NCBI GenBank assembly: GCA_977016875.1
Contig: CDRNST010000091.1
Location: 1,984,001 to 2,048,000, forward strand
From: Pavona decussata
Lineage: Eukaryota
Direction of reading: 5' to 3'
DNA: 64,000 nucleotides
The translations under genes and the position numbers were made by a program. The notes under the pieces were generated by a model, which saw only the letters and a list, made by a program, of their open reading frames with translations, did not search any database and had not been told where the DNA came from. Of this stretch, positions 12,850-26,596 are shown one piece after another; position 1 is the first letter of the stretch; each line of letters starts with the position of its first letter.

Positions 12850-14954
12850 ATGGCAAGGAACGCTCCGGGAAGACTTGAAATTCAAGTGAGTCAGAGCAAA
12901 AACTGTGTTTAATCGTTCAAGTTCTTTGGCATTTTATTGTTACGTAATTCTTGCGTAGAAATACAATGCAAACATTTACCAAAGTCATAGAAAAGAGCGA
13001 ATTTTGATTGGCTCTCTTCGTTTCAAATAACAATGCTAGTTTTTTGGCAGCCCTACCTAATAATAGTAGTGCTTTATTTGATCACCTTTGGAATAAGAAA
13101 TACAGCACCTTGAAACCTTAAAAAATTCAAAAAAAGAATAAGCTGACATTTGCAAAGAAGATGCAGTTGAACCACTATTATAGCGCAGATGATGGGCGTG
13201 AGCGCATCTAAACAGGTTCTTTTAAAAATTTCTGGAGGAGCATTAACGCCGAAATACGGCCTACCTGGCATGTACAAGGTTGCATTTAAAAAGAACCACA
13301 CGCCTTGACAATCCTTTTACGCATACCAAGCAAATCGAAGCTTGGACAACGGCGAAAGCTTTCAGTTCTGCCAAAGCCAAAGTGAATCATCATGTTTTTC
13401 TGATCTTATCTGATCTCATCTCAGCTCATATTATCTTGAATTGTCTTGTGTTATCTCATGTGATTTTATATCTTATTTTACCTTATCTGTATCTGCCTTG
13501 CATATCTTATCATACCTTATCTCATCCAATATCATCCTATCTCGTCCTTATCTCATCTCATCTTATGTTTTTAATGACACGTTCTTTTGTCTTCTTAACA
13601 GATCTTTGTTACTGTCATCGTATTGGTGTTGGTCACTGTAACTATTCTTCAGTTACATTTTCTACCTCGTTTTCTTTCAGGTAAGAGTCTTCTTGTTCCT
13701 CTTCGATTGCTCTGCGGTTTCGGTAAAAGTTGAGAAATCTCAAGCAGAATAAATCCTTTTTCTTTTTTTTTTTTTTTTGATATTTACAAATATATGACTT
13801 CGGTGACCACCCTAAGTTAAATTACAAGCGTCACTCGTGAATGAATACCCTTATCCAAAGGCCTAATTTATGCTGTTCTGGAGCAGATTCAAAAAGTTCT
13901 CCGAAGTTAAGAAGTATGCTAAGTATCGTTTCTACATGAGCAATAGTACTTTGTTATAATGACAGAAGAATATTGTTAAGAAAAAAATACTTAGGGTGCA
14001 TTTTAACTTAACAGAGTTTCGTGAATGTGGCCCCTATGCTAGTGGCGTTGATTACAATTCAAGCAGATTAAATCGAGCCTGACTTGTTGACTTTAGGTCA
14101 TACACCTGACTAACCAAACTGCATTGCTTGTTAATTGCACAAATGTGTCTATTTTTAATGGATTTTCGTAGAAAGCGATTGTTGCGGTCATGCGCGTAAA
14201 TTATTCGAACGATGGGTCATGGATTACATCCGACTGAAACTGGCCACTCTGGGAACGAGCGTTTTATAAACGGACGCTATCTTGCTTCTCCATATGGAAG
14301 CGAAGCCGACTGAACTACTAGTATAATTACTTCATGACTGAAAGCCATATAGTCGCTTATGTATATTTTTCTGTAAAAGAAATACAGTATACCTGATCCG
14401 TACTTGTCCATCCTTAGCCGTCCTTAGCTCTACTTGTCCATCCTTAACCATTACGGTCTATCCTTTGCCCTACTTGTCATCCTTAGCCGTCCTTCTATAT
14501 CTAAAAGTTTTTTAAGCGCCTTTTCAATAAAAAAATGTAACAGAAGTAGTCACCTAGCGAAATTATTAATTCAATTCATAGTCTTCAAAAAACGGAATAA
14601 GATATGACTTTTGATGAATCATACGCTGGCCCAAGATAGTTTTTTTTTGTTAGTGAATTGTTTTTTCCACTTTCTATTAGTTAAAGTATCCATTAACCGA
14701 CAACAAGTTAGAAAGATTGGAAGCAGTTATGCTTTATACGACTTATAACCCTTTACCCCTGTCCACGATCTTTCGCTCGCTGTTCCAAGCAAGTCAAAAT
14801 TCAATTTCGTTCCCTATTTTGCTTTTTTTGCTGTATGGCAGGTTTACCTTCACCTTTTCTGGGATAATGTCTTGTGTATTTGGGTTTTCCCAGCTTACAA
14901 CACTTGATTTTAGTATATACCACACAAGTGAATTAAGTGCCTTTCGCGCGCGCT

Positions 14955-14991
<37 letters not shown>

Positions 14992-17900
14992 CACCTCCGA
15001 GCAACCGAAGGGAAACAAGATGGCTTCCCGTTTCGCCGCGGTCACTAAAGAGGAATTTATTTAGATAAACGAGCCAGCTGTTACCAAAAATACAAAAATG
15101 GCAACAAAGTTTAGATTGACGGCATTAAATAGTAAGTTATGTAGTCTTTCCAACCTCATATTCTAAGGCGAAAAATGAAACTACGATGCCTTGTTGAAAA
15201 CTGCCTAATGTTTTGCAGTATGGTTTCTAAATCAAGACAAATTTCACACAACAATTGAAGATATGACACCTTAGCAACTAAATCAGTGCCTCGAAAAGTT
15301 TTAATTGTTCGCAAGCGAGACCGAACTTTCTTCAACAAGAAATCGCTTACCGCGCGGAGCGCGAGATTTTAAAATTCCCCACACGGCACCATTTGTCGGT
15401 ATACTGTCAAAAATAAAGGAATTTTTTGGCCCGCTAGTTATCCAGCTTGTGCGGTATACTCCCGGCTAAAACAATAATTCACCTCAGTGTCGGTGAAAGT
15501 GGTGGATATTTGCCTCGCCGCAATATCCACCACTATTCATCTCCACTTCGGTGAATAACTGTTAATTAATAAAGATCACGCCCGTGGCCAAAATGTACCT
15601 CAAACAGATGTTCATCCATACATAATTTATCCCAAATCAACATCTTGTCCACAGAGATTTCAGAAAAGAAACACTTTGTCCTTTTGGCTAACCATTTGAT
15701 GTTTTTTCCATTTTCTTTTAGCTAAACTACCACCGAGATCAACCGTTGAACCCTTCAACCAACAATCAGGTTTGACTTAAATTTCTCTCATAGCATTACC
15801 GGAAATAATTATCTTGAATGCTAAACGAATGCAATTGATTGGAAATTCTAAACGTACATATTTCACAATTAATGATAGGAGAAGATAACTCCCCATGAAA
15901 CCACTTAGTGAGGTTTATGAAACGATTGTAGGAACGTAGTATTTCGCCGAGTCTAGATATCTGTAAACTAACTTAAAGACATTTTACTTTGTAGACGACC
16001 CATGTCCGCGTCTTGGTCTACAAGAGAATAGTCGGGTGGAAAAAACGTGGCCATCTGCACTCAAATGTAAACCTCACAGGTATGCAAGACATCCCTGACA
16101 GTTCCTGTCGACATATAAGCTATTCATTCTTTACTGTGAAGAGGGTTTGGTGAAATGTTATCAACCCAAAATCATTTTACTTGGCCCTTCTATGAATGTT
16201 AGAACATGGTATCAAATATTGGTAGAATCAATAGACAGCTTTAATTTCGTACAGCATTAAGTTGACCAATCAAGGAGAAAATTCACACAGCTCATATTTA
16301 CGCGCGCCCAAAAACTGAATAATAGGAAACTTAAGCACAGACGTTTTTGAGCCACGGAAGGCAACCGGAAATGAAAATTGTTCCTTTTTTGGAGCGTTTT
16401 GACGCCATCGCGTTTGTAAAACGTCTAATTAACCACAGTCATCAACAAGAGCTTTTTCTGTCCGTTGTAAGGAGCGAAACCACACCAAAAAAGGAAACAT
16501 TCAACTTCCTGTTGCCCGTGCGTGGTTCACGAACGTCTGTTCCCTAACACATTTTTAGACATGTCTATCCTACAAGTTGATCATTATAGATCACAGAGCA
16601 ACAAATATTCTTATGTCTAATGAAAACCTTACAATAACCTTCCTTTACTGTATTTTTAAGGGCAAATATTGTAGCTTGTGCAGCGGCTAACGAATTTCAC
16701 GGCTTGCGACGTCCGGGATATGTTGAAGATCGCAAATGTAACGAGACGCACTACCCAGACATCTGCTTGTTTAAAGAAACAAAGCCAGGACATCATGAAA
16801 TAACGTGCAACGCAGAGATTTGTGGGACATCAGACGTCGAAATAGGTTCTACTGATCCATACATGGGAATAATTACTAAATGGTCGCCCTATTCAAGAAA
16901 ATTATTAACTGCAACAGTGCAGAAGGCTGTAGAAACAAACCGGAAAAATGGATTCGGTTATTTGTTTATTAGATGTGGAAATATCCTTCAATCGCTCATC
17001 TTCCCACCAATCTTGAAGAAAGTCAAAGATGGTACCGAGAGAAGCAACATTAACGTAAATGTGATTGTGTTGGACTCTATCGCAAGACCACATTTCTATC
17101 GCATTCTTCCAAGATCTGTTGCCGCTCTTCGCAAGATAGCTCAAGACCAAGAAATCAGGGTCACGGCGCTGGACTTTGAGCTTTATCAGAGTGTTGGTCA
17201 AGCTACGTTTGACAACATGCGGCCATTCTTCTCTGGTATTATCAAAGGTGAGCGCTATGATGACCTATTTACAGCTATCAAAAACCATATGACGGTTGGA
17301 AAGACTTTTCCTGATAATGTTCCCTTAATCTAAGGAAAGGCCAACAAGGACCATAACATTTCTTGACGTCTTTTGGACTCTAAAGAATAGTCTGCTTGAT
17401 GTTCTTCGGAGTTACTTTATCTGCAGCCAAAATGATTGAATTAAAACAAAAGTAGTTCAAACGTGGGGTGCACACAGTGGACTTTCTTCACGATTTACAT
17501 GAAAAATGTCGTTTAGAACTGTTTTTTTTTTTTGTTTGTTTATTTGTTTGTTTGTTTGTCTGTTTTTGTTTTTTTTCGTTTTTTTTCTTTTTTGCTAAAA
17601 TTAAGTTCGGACTAAGGCTTGGAACTAGTCAAAGTGAGCCTTAAACTTTCAATTTTCTGTTGATAGGGATAAGAGCACTCGCCACCAACCAACGAAGCCG
17701 GGTTCCGGACCCAGGACTCGGCTTTATTTGTGCATTGAGGTGCACTGAACTTACAATATCGCAATCAAACCTAATAAAAATGGCAATGGGTCCTTACAGC
17801 ATTATTTTTCATCCTCAACTTTGTTTTACAGATGACAACAAAATCAGTGAAACAGTAAAAAGCGCGAAGGCTCCCTTAGGTGTTGAAGTGTTGTATAAGA

Positions 17901-20900
17901 CCTTCAAGGAATGGGGGTACCAAACCGTCTATCAAGAAGATCTTTGCTGGTTTGACCAATGGGGAATTGGGTTAACAAACCTTGAAGTAAGAAAAATGCC
18001 TAGTACATCTTCGGAATTCAAAAAGAGGTAAGATAACTCTGGCGCGGAATGAAAACTTTTTCACTAAGGGGAACGGAGTGAACTTAAAGTAAAGAATGAC
18101 CATCCACTAAAACTACATTTTTTATAGCTAAACAGCCAGTTGAATCCCAACTCACGAACCAATACGAGAACGTCGTCACTCCGGCCTCTTTAGTTGATTC
18201 TTTTCTTCTACAAAAACACTTAGTCAGCCATTTTCTTTTCCTCGTTGTTTTGATCACAACAATTTTCGGAGGAATAAACTTTTGGAAAAAAAATTGTCCG
18301 AAAATTTTTCTTTCCAAATAAAAACAGTCCGAACATTTTTGATTATGAACATTTAGGCCACTAAACGTAAGGTAAGGATGATAAAAACGTTTGACAATGT
18401 GGCGCCATTGCCTATTATAACAAAATTAAGTACGGTGCCTCTTTCTTCTACTGCGCATACGTTCTGTGCATCTCGAGATGGCACGAGAAACTTGGGTTTC
18501 TACTTAAATAAAAACGAAACTTTTCAAAAACAATGGCCATTGAATTCCACGCCGTGACGTCTTTTTTTTTTTTTTTTTTTCGTATTACTATTTTTTAAAA
18601 AGTTCCGTTTTCAGGTGTCCACAGAAGAAGAACAAAAAAATAGCGTTTTTAAAAGTTCCATTCTGGGGAGCCTTTTTGAAAAGTTGCGTTTTCCGTGACC
18701 GTTTTTTTTACTGAAAACATGAGGACGCAAGGTCAATCCTTAAAGAAATAGTTTGGCGATACGTGTGAACGGGGCCATGGCTTGTCGGAAGACCTATTAT
18801 CTCAGGGTGTTCCGGCAATACAGAACGGATCTCAGCATTTGTTGACCACCTTATTCAGCCAATAGCACAATAACAAGCTTCGTATCTTAGAGATACGACA
18901 GACTTTATTAACTTCATCGAGAAGATGAAACTGCCTAAAAGTGCTATACTTGTTTCAATGGACGTCACAAGCCTATACACGAACATACCACAACAAGAGG
19001 GTATTACCCCTGTATGAAGAATTTCACTAAGGTAACCCTCCAGTTCCTACCAGGTTTTTAAGCGAGATGCTTAGTCTGATCCTACAAGAAAACTCGTTCC
19101 AATTTAACGGGAAAAATTATCTTCAAACCCATGGAACAGCCATGGGCACGAAAATGGCCGTAGCCTTTGCTAACACCTTCATGGCCAAAATAGAAAAAGA
19201 AATACTCAGACAGAGCAGCATTAAGCCTATCTTTTGGAAAAGTTTTATCGATGACGTCATATCAGTATGGGATACAAGCAGAAACAAAATAGAAGAATTC
19301 CTTCCAAAAGCAAACAACTTCCATCCCACAATCAAATTTCCGGCTGAAATCTCAGAAACAGAAACTACATTCTTGGACACGATAGTGTACAAAGGTGTCA
19401 GATTCAACAAGGATTCTATCCTTGACGTGCGAACACACTTCAAGCCTACAGAGACCTTCCAATACACGAATTTCTATTCGTGCCACCCACCAGGCGTCAC
19501 GAAAGGTTTTATCAAAGGAGAAGCGTTAAGGCTTCTAAGAACAAATTCCTCTGAAAACACTTTTCAAGAGAATATGAGGAATTTTGCAACACGCCTCAAG
19601 AATAGAGATTACCCAGCTACAACTGTAGAAAAACATCTCTCGGAGGTCAATTTCACTGACAGAAAGAAAGCACTGGAGCAGAGAAACAAAAATGCACGTA
19701 AGAAAATACTGCCCTTTGTAACGCAATACCACCCTGCGTTGCCCAACCTCAAGAATATACTTATGGGGAAATGGCACCTTATACAGAATCAACCATATCT
19801 GAGAAATATCTTTAAGGAGCCTCCCCTCATTTCATATCTAAAAGGAAAATTCCTAAAAGACACTCTTGTAAGAGCTAAGCTATAAAGGCTTGGAGACCAA
19901 TCTATATGCGAACTGCAGAAGTCGTGCAGGCCCGTCAACACTTTTAAACTCAGAAAGGCTAATAAACTGCATCTAGGATGTATGTGTGACGGTCCTCACA
20001 AACAGATTTCGGTCGATAGACGTTTTTCTGTAGTTTATTATTACATCATTTATTATTGAGTTTTCTTTGTTTACGAATGGTCATGACCATGTGGATTCAG
20101 CCAACTTACGATACGCTTTGGATTCTCACAACCAGCAGCTGTTTCTTAAAGGGGAAGTATCATGGAGTTTTCTTACCTCTTTTGTTAAAAATAGTGAAAT
20201 AGGACCTCCATTTAGCTACAAAATAATTCTAGAACAACGAGAGGAAAGAAGTCAACTCAATTCGTGATCTGTTCTAACGCATTTTAGAAACAAAAATGCC
20301 AGAACTTGAAAAACATTAGCCTAACATTTTTCAAGTTTCAATCCATTCCGACCTAAACTGTTCCTTTTTTTGTAATTTGTTTATTTGTTTCCATCCACAC
20401 ACGTTACAGTACTTACAATAACTTACTCATAATACTGTACTCACAGTATATAGCTAACAATATAACTTACACTTAATTACTTACATTACACTACAAACGT
20501 ACATTTTCTTGAACTTATAATATACAAAAACAGTACAGACAAAAAAAGATACATCACTTAAAGTATATACTGTCCCTGGCCAGAGGCATTAATCGACAGT
20601 TTTATTGCAATGGAGTCATAATTCATGACAAAACTAGACAATTATTTTTTTTGTTTCTGTTGACAGACAAACATTTTTGGGTTTTGAAATGACATCAAAT
20701 TCTTCGTGATACTTCCTCTTTAAACAACTAAATTTTAGTCTTCATAATTCATTTCAGAAACTTTGTCACATTTCTAACAGGTGGAGTGAGTTTCAAAGCA
20801 AGATGGACACAAAATACATTGATGACTTTGGCCTGTTGCATTTTTCCTGCCCAGTGTTAAAGAAATACAACGAGACGACTCACTACGAAAATCCTCCAAA

Positions 20901-22571
20901 AGTTTGCTTAAACGGACAGTTTTTCAGTCAGTACTTCCTGGATTACATTGCAAATATGTACGCCTCGCTAAGAAAAGACAACAAAGCGAAATCGTTGTTT
21001 TCGTTCATGCATTTCAACACTGGACACGAATACACTGGAGTACGAATGATCAACATGGACGCCAACTTGGCGAAGTTCTTACATACAATGGCTGAGAGTG
21101 CCGATACTCTTACTGTGATATTTTCCGACCATGGAAACAAAAATACACAATACAGCTTTACAGAAGAAGGAAGAAGAGAAGCTTTTGATCCGGTGATGTT
21201 TATGCTAGTTCCCGAAGGTGTGAGTAAAAAGCTTGGAAAGCAGAGAATGGCCGCTCTACTCCAAAACCAAAAACGTCTCTTTACCTTATTTGACCTGCAC
21301 AGAGCGCTTATGTCCTTGAACGAACCGAAGAAAATGAATCTTTGGAAGTCTTCGGAAGCTGGTTTATTTGCAGTTTTACCCGCAGATCGCACTTGTGCAG
21401 ACTTGAATCTCATGCCGCTGACTAGGTGTAAGTGTGAAGGATTTGATGATAATAATCAAGCTGAAGATAATTCGGAGAAACACAAATGGCTGGCGGAATT
21501 TGCGCTTGGAACCATAAACGATGCCATACAAACACAACAAATGCAAGGTGAGATATTTTCAAGTAAACAACAAAATGGGAGGTTTCGCCAACGACTCTTA
21601 TTCCCCGTTAAAGTCCCTGCCTCCGTAAAAGTGCTTAATAATAGCCCAGTCTCGATTAGTCTACAAGAGAAAAGGCTCGACTTAATAACAATATAGATTA
21701 AAAGTAAAATCGTTTACAAATATTGTGACACAACAAAATCACGAACGGGAATATGTTACAACCGCCACCCGACCTTACCCCTCCTCTCTCCTACTCCCCC
21801 CCCCCCCCCCCCCCCATCCTCATTCCCCTCTTGAAACAGAGTTATGAACTCTCTAGGATAAATGATTGTTGTATTATTTTTCCTCTAGATAATAGTAGCA
21901 ACCCACATGAAAAGTATGGCTTTGGAAACTGCCAGCGCTTGGTTGGCAAATCTTTTACCAAAATATTTCAACGCTTTCAAGGAGAATACATTATTACCAC
22001 CATGGACCTACACGTTATCCCTCCAACAGGTTATAACGACGATGAGGTGTTTTCGGTTGCGCTTAAACACCATACTCTTCCGAAAGACAATGTTTGGTTG
22101 ACAGCTTTCACACGGCAGACAAAGTATAGCAAGTTTAAGACATGCGCCGACAAAACCGTTGATATCAAGTTGTGCGTGTGCGCCAGCAAACAAACAACTG
22201 GAGGAGAAACAATTGACTTAAAGATTCCAAGTGAAATGTTTGGTTCGAAGACTGTTGTCCAAGATCTGGACTCTGGATGTCTATTAATTTTGAGAAGGGA
22301 TTACGGATCCATTGCTCTGGCACTGGAAATAGCAAATGTATGCGTTGATCGCACCTACAGGTTCGAATTGTCTGGTAAAGCTAAAGAAAGAGTATTTTCA
22401 AAGGAACTGCCCATTAATCTCCAATTATCCCCCAAAACATTTTACTTCTTAACGTCAGTTAACAAGCTTGTCTCCAAAGATAACTTTCCTGTACAGTTCG
22501 ATGCAAGTATATATGTGAAGAGCAATGGGTTAAGAAAGTTTAAAGAGTTGAAGGAAGTGTCAATTATTTGA
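12850..22571 (+). CDS. DUF229-family protein (alkaline phosphatase/sulfatase-like fold), type II membrane protein, ~826 aa, 8 coding exons
   Basis: Phase-consistent GT-AG exons 12850-12885, 13602-13680 (anchor [16 protein letters not shown]), 15722-15769, 15995-16079, 16661-17247, 17832-18027, 20781-21547 and 21889-22571; total 2481 nt. Motifs [48 protein letters not shown] and RTC recalled as typical of DUF229. Confidence 0.82.
13390..13570. repeat. Degenerate (TCTTA/TCTCA)n pentamer repeat in an intron
   Basis: Repeated tcttatc/tcatctc units. Confidence 0.7.
14911..15566 (+). mobile_element. Non-autonomous Crypton-like element relic (intronic)
   Basis: Disrupted peptide at 15020, [30 protein letters not shown], resembles the N-terminus of Crypton/DUF3504 proteins (from recall). 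Inverted termini (tagtatataccacacaag / cttgtgcggtatact) and a 3' hairpin (ggtgaaagtggtggatatt...aatatccaccactattcatc). Confidence 0.5.
16323..16546. mobile_element. MITE with degenerate terminal inverted repeats
   Basis: cagacgtttttgagccacggaaggcaaccggaa pairs with ttcctgttgcccgtgcgtggttcacgaacgtctg. Confidence 0.65.
18781..19950 (+). mobile_element. 5'-truncated, degenerate Penelope-like retroelement reverse transcriptase, in an intron of the DUF229 gene
   Basis: [28 protein letters not shown] (18781-19015, with stop and frameshift), then ORF 19067-19885 with [15 protein letters not shown] and SCHPP. The ORF ends LVRAKL* with no GIY-YIG domain following. Confidence 0.9.
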
Positions 22572-23048
22572 TTATGTTGTCAGTTCTAAACCAAATTATT
22601 GTTGAAATTAAAAACCACTAGCTGAGAAATGTCATTGTTTTTTAGTGAACTGATATTCTGCATTGAGTTATCTTTTCTGACGTTTGTGACCGGTGTGGTT
22701 AATAATTTCCTGAATTTTGATTTGGACACTGTTTACCTTTGGAACATTTGATTTCAACTTAATTAAAGTCCTTTCATTGCAGTACTTCAGTGCAGTCTGT
22801 TACTTTAACACAGAAACTATCGTACCGGAGGCAACTTTTCACCTTTGTCCAAAAAAATTGTCACCTTTGTTGACTGTCATGGGGAGGATATCTTATCAAG
22901 ATTTGCACCTTTAATTAACAGAAACACGGCTAAGTAAGGAATGTTTGCTTCACGATTTATGCAGAACCGCTCCGCGGACGTCTCTCTCGATTGCCCACAA
23001 ACTTGTTTAAGAAAGTAACGAAGCTGCGGCCCAAAGAAAGAAATAGTC

Positions 23049-23966
23049 ATGTATAATAGCACACCTTGTTTTCCTGTTCTAAATCATTTAAATTCGGGTT
23101 TTTCAATTTGTAAAATAATAACTTTCGCCGCCTCGATTATAATCGCCGTCATGTCACCAGTCGCTGTTGTGGGAAATGCTCTGGTTTTGGCGGCAATTTG
23201 GAGGAAATCGCCTCTCCGATCGCCTTCTTACATTCTGCTGGCTGGATTGGCCGTCACTGACTTTGGCACTGGTCTCCTCTCCGCGCCATTTCATGTTGCA
23301 AAAGAATTGATCTCCATGGCCAAGCTTGAGTATACCATAATAAATTGCATAGCAACTGGCTTCACTTCGTCCTTTTTCTTAACGACAGTTCTGATTGTAA
23401 CACTCATGGCCATTGAACGATGGCTACACATGACTCGACGATCGCTGATAACAGCGCGCAGAGCTTCCTACATTGTTGCGGTTATGTTCATCCTCCCCAT
23501 ACCTTATGTTGTACTTCACACTCAGGGAGAAAGAAGTCAGAGAGCTGCCTTAGATATTGCCTCCATTTTACTTCTGCTATTTTCCCTATGTGTCACCACC
23601 CTGGTTTACTTCAAGGTCTTCATAATAATTCGTTACCATCAACAGCGTGTAAATCACGCAGGAGAATCATCCAACAACCAACCCCAGTCATCGATCAACA
23701 TTGCCAAATACAAGAAATCCGTCTACTCGATTATCTACATCCTAGCTGTCTTCTACCTTGGCTATGCCCCCATGCTCATCACCTTTGGAATATATCTGGG
23801 TCTGCCGACTACCTACAGTGACACAAGAAAATCCGCACTAAAAGCAATGCTTGTGTTTCCATTTTTGTCTTCTTTACTTAATCCTATTCTTTACTTGTGG
23901 AGAATGAAAGATATTCGGGATGAAGTAAAAACATTGGTAAAGCGAATACCCTGTAAAAACAACTAG
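23049..23966 (+). CDS. Class A 7TM GPCR, same family
   Basis: 305-aa ORF with GNALVL, LAVTDF, AIERW, INIAKYKKSV and LNPILY. Confidence 0.93.
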   Translation: MYNSTPCFPVLNHLNSGFSICKIITFAASIIIAVMSPVAVVGNALVLAAIWRKSPLRSPSYILLAGLAVTDFGTGLLSAPFHVAKELISMAKLEYTIINCIATGFTSSFFLTTVLIVTLMAIERWLHMTRRSLITARRASYIVAVMFILPIPYVVLHTQGERSQRAALDIASILLLLFSLCVTTLVYFKVFIIIRYHQQRVNHAGESSNNQPQSSINIAKYKKSVYSIIYILAVFYLGYAPMLITFGIYLGLPTTYSDTRKSALKAMLVFPFLSSLLNPILYLWRMKDIRDEVKTLVKRIPCKNN

Positions 23967-24352
23967 AGAAACAGAAGACGTTACGTTGGCCGGGCTGTCA
24001 TCGTTAAAATTGACTGATTCTTGTCTCTTTTTTTTTTTTAATAATAGCTCCAAACCTAGAAATCTTCCTCACTTTCAAAAATGCCTTTAGCCATTTTACT
24101 GAGGTTCATTTTTTTATTTTGATGGAAATTTAGACTTAACAAATCAAAGCTACTGAGACATTGATCCAAGTGTAAATTTACAAAACTCTCTAAAATGGCG
24201 ATCGTTAAGGCAACATTTCCGTCAGTTTATACGTCCTCCTCTTAATTGTTCAAGAATTAATCCAATTTTAATAAAACTTTGAAATAAAAATTGTTCACTT
24301 TATCAAGCATGCGGGGTAAAGGTTTTAAAGACGTCTGCAGAGCCGTTCCACA

Positions 24353-24838
24353 AATAGCCCTTATCACGGTTTTCGACGCTATTTTGACGAGTAGGCAAAC
24401 AGGCTTGAAATATCAGTGTTTGTATGGAAATCCGATGTCAAATAATTTTCATTAATAGGAAAGTTTTGGCACTAGGAAAAGGATTTTAAGAAAAAAAATT
24501 GAGGGATGTAGCTGTGCCAGAAAGCGTCCATACATTTGTCTGCATAGCGAACCAGCCGTGAACTGCTACTAAAAGTAGTTCGCGGGGAAAAAATACAGGG
24601 AAATGTATGGAAAGTTCAAAACACGACTGGACGCTTTCTGGCACTGCTAAATCCCTCCATTGTTCTCTTAAAATACTTTTCCTAGTGCTAAAAGTTTCCA
24701 ATTCATGACTTTTTAAAAAGTGATGTTTTACTGTATGAAAATTATTTGACATTGGATCTCGATACAAGCACTGTAAGTTATTTCAAGCCTGTTTGCCTAC
24801 TCGTCAAAATGGCGCCGAAAACCGTTATAAGGCCTATT
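24353..24838. mobile_element. Foldback MITE with long TIRs, TA-flanked
   Basis: The left arm (atagcccttatcacggttttcgacgctattttgacgagtaggcaaacaggcttgaaata...gtgccagaaagcgtcca, ~175 bp) is the reverse complement of ~24627-24838. Confidence 0.85.
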
Positions 24839-26596
24839 CGAATATTAGAAGAACTTTCTTAGGGGAACGATCTAACAAAAAAAACCTTGTTTAGATCGCA
24901 GCAAACAAAATCAACAAAACTCTCAGAACGTCAAACCATATCAGCAGGACACAATTTCACAACATTTTGAAGTCATTTCATCAAAGCAAACTTTTCGTTG
25001 CATTTCACAAGCTCTATGGTTTGAATTGTCCTTGAATTTTTTTTTTTTAATCCAAGATACCGCATTTTTTTATTCGCCTATGTTTCATTAACCATGTACA
25101 TAGTTTATTCTCAACGAACTCTGGATCGCGTCCGATCGACGTTTTAACGTTCTCGAGCTGTCCATTACGGTAATATCGATTCAATTAAAAAAAAAACGTC
25201 AACTCTGACAAACGTCAACCTCAAGTCAATGGCAGGTACAAGTTTCATGTCATTCTGAGTAAGAAAGCACTGCTTCAAGGCCATCTATAAAACGTTAGGC
25301 ATGGTCGCCAAACTCGGAACACCTTAGAAAGCTTGCAAGGGTGAATCTAGTCTCTCAATGGAGTTAACATACTAAATAAAGGACGATTAAAAGGAGCAGT
25401 ATTTATTTTGAAGCTCGTTATTTCAACCTCGGTGAGGTTTTAACTTTAAACAAGACGTTAATTTTTTTATCGTAGTAAAGCAGTTACATGGTTTCGTCTT
25501 CATCCAATAGTTACAATCTTTAAAAGATAAATTGCGGCAAAAATATAGAAATCAGTTATAAGGGGAAGTATCCTTCAAATAATTCTTTAGAATATTAATT
25601 TCTAGATTGTAAAAATCCAAAATGGCAATTTTAATTACGCTTTGTTTACCGATATATTGGTTTAAGCGAAATCAAGGAGAAGGGATGTTTTATTAAAATT
25701 ACGCTGAACACACCAACACAGGCAAGGTCGCATATATGATAAATTTCAAATAAATGCTTGCTTTAAATAAAAGCACAAAACTGCAAGCCTAATATGTAAG
25801 AAATTTTCAACTGTTTAAAACTTATTTTAAGGTTTTAAAAAGAAGTTAATGTTTTAAAAAGGTACTTTAATTACACATGTATGTTTGGCTTTTTCAATTG
25901 CAATTGATTTCATGCTTGATACGTGTAAGAAATTTAATTTATTTTAAACACGAAGCAAGGAGTCATGTGTAATAATAATTTTGTGAAGAAGTTCAATGCT
26001 AAAATAAGAAAAAGGAAGACATAACAAGCAAATGCTACTACAATTCAAATGTGAAATAAAGATTCTACGCAGAAGAAAGTGAATCCCATGTTTTTAGGAT
26101 GGGGCTGATGCAAATAACACATATCCGATCCGATAATAACAGAAGTGTTTCCTCTGGACAGAATATTTGATTGCTTTTTGCCACGTGTTAATTTTAAATC
26201 ATTGTTGAAATTTTTTCATTAGGTGGGTACACATTGCCTCGTTATTTAAATATATTTAAAATACAAAATACATCATTAGAAGATGTGTTGTTATTTAGAT
26301 GAGTAACACACATGCTGCAAAGAAGTTTCAACCCAATTTTTCTTTTTTCTATTTCAAATAACACCGCTTTCATTTTCATACACCAATGGAAATTGCTTGC
26401 AAAACATCAGTCTTTTAAAACATCAAGCTGTTCACAGTCGTCGTGACAGGTGGTATAGTTTTAACTTGTTTACATCTCCCTGGGGAAAAAAGGTAATAAA
26501 AAAGGAATAGGCTCTTTTAATCCTAGGATGAGACTCTCAGGAGGGGTGTTAGCGAATACGCCTTCAGCTAAAAAGCAACTTTGAGAACTCAACAGG

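Noticed and set aside
14395-14495. Short repeat array resembling CRISPR
   Set aside because: Simple degenerate tandem repeat (tacttgtccatcctta) without unique spacers or cas genes, in a eukaryotic intron.
19010-19035. In-frame TGA at a Cys-like position of the Penelope RT as possible selenocysteine
   Set aside because: It coincides with a frameshift and nearby TAA stops, so a small deletion explains it better. No clear SECIS seen.
21753-21888. Poly-Pro N-terminus of the 272-aa ORF
   Set aside because: Intronic poly-C tract. The exon starts at 21889.
23420-23821. 133-aa alternative-frame ORF inside a GPCR
   Set aside because: Out-of-frame overlap with no recognisable features.
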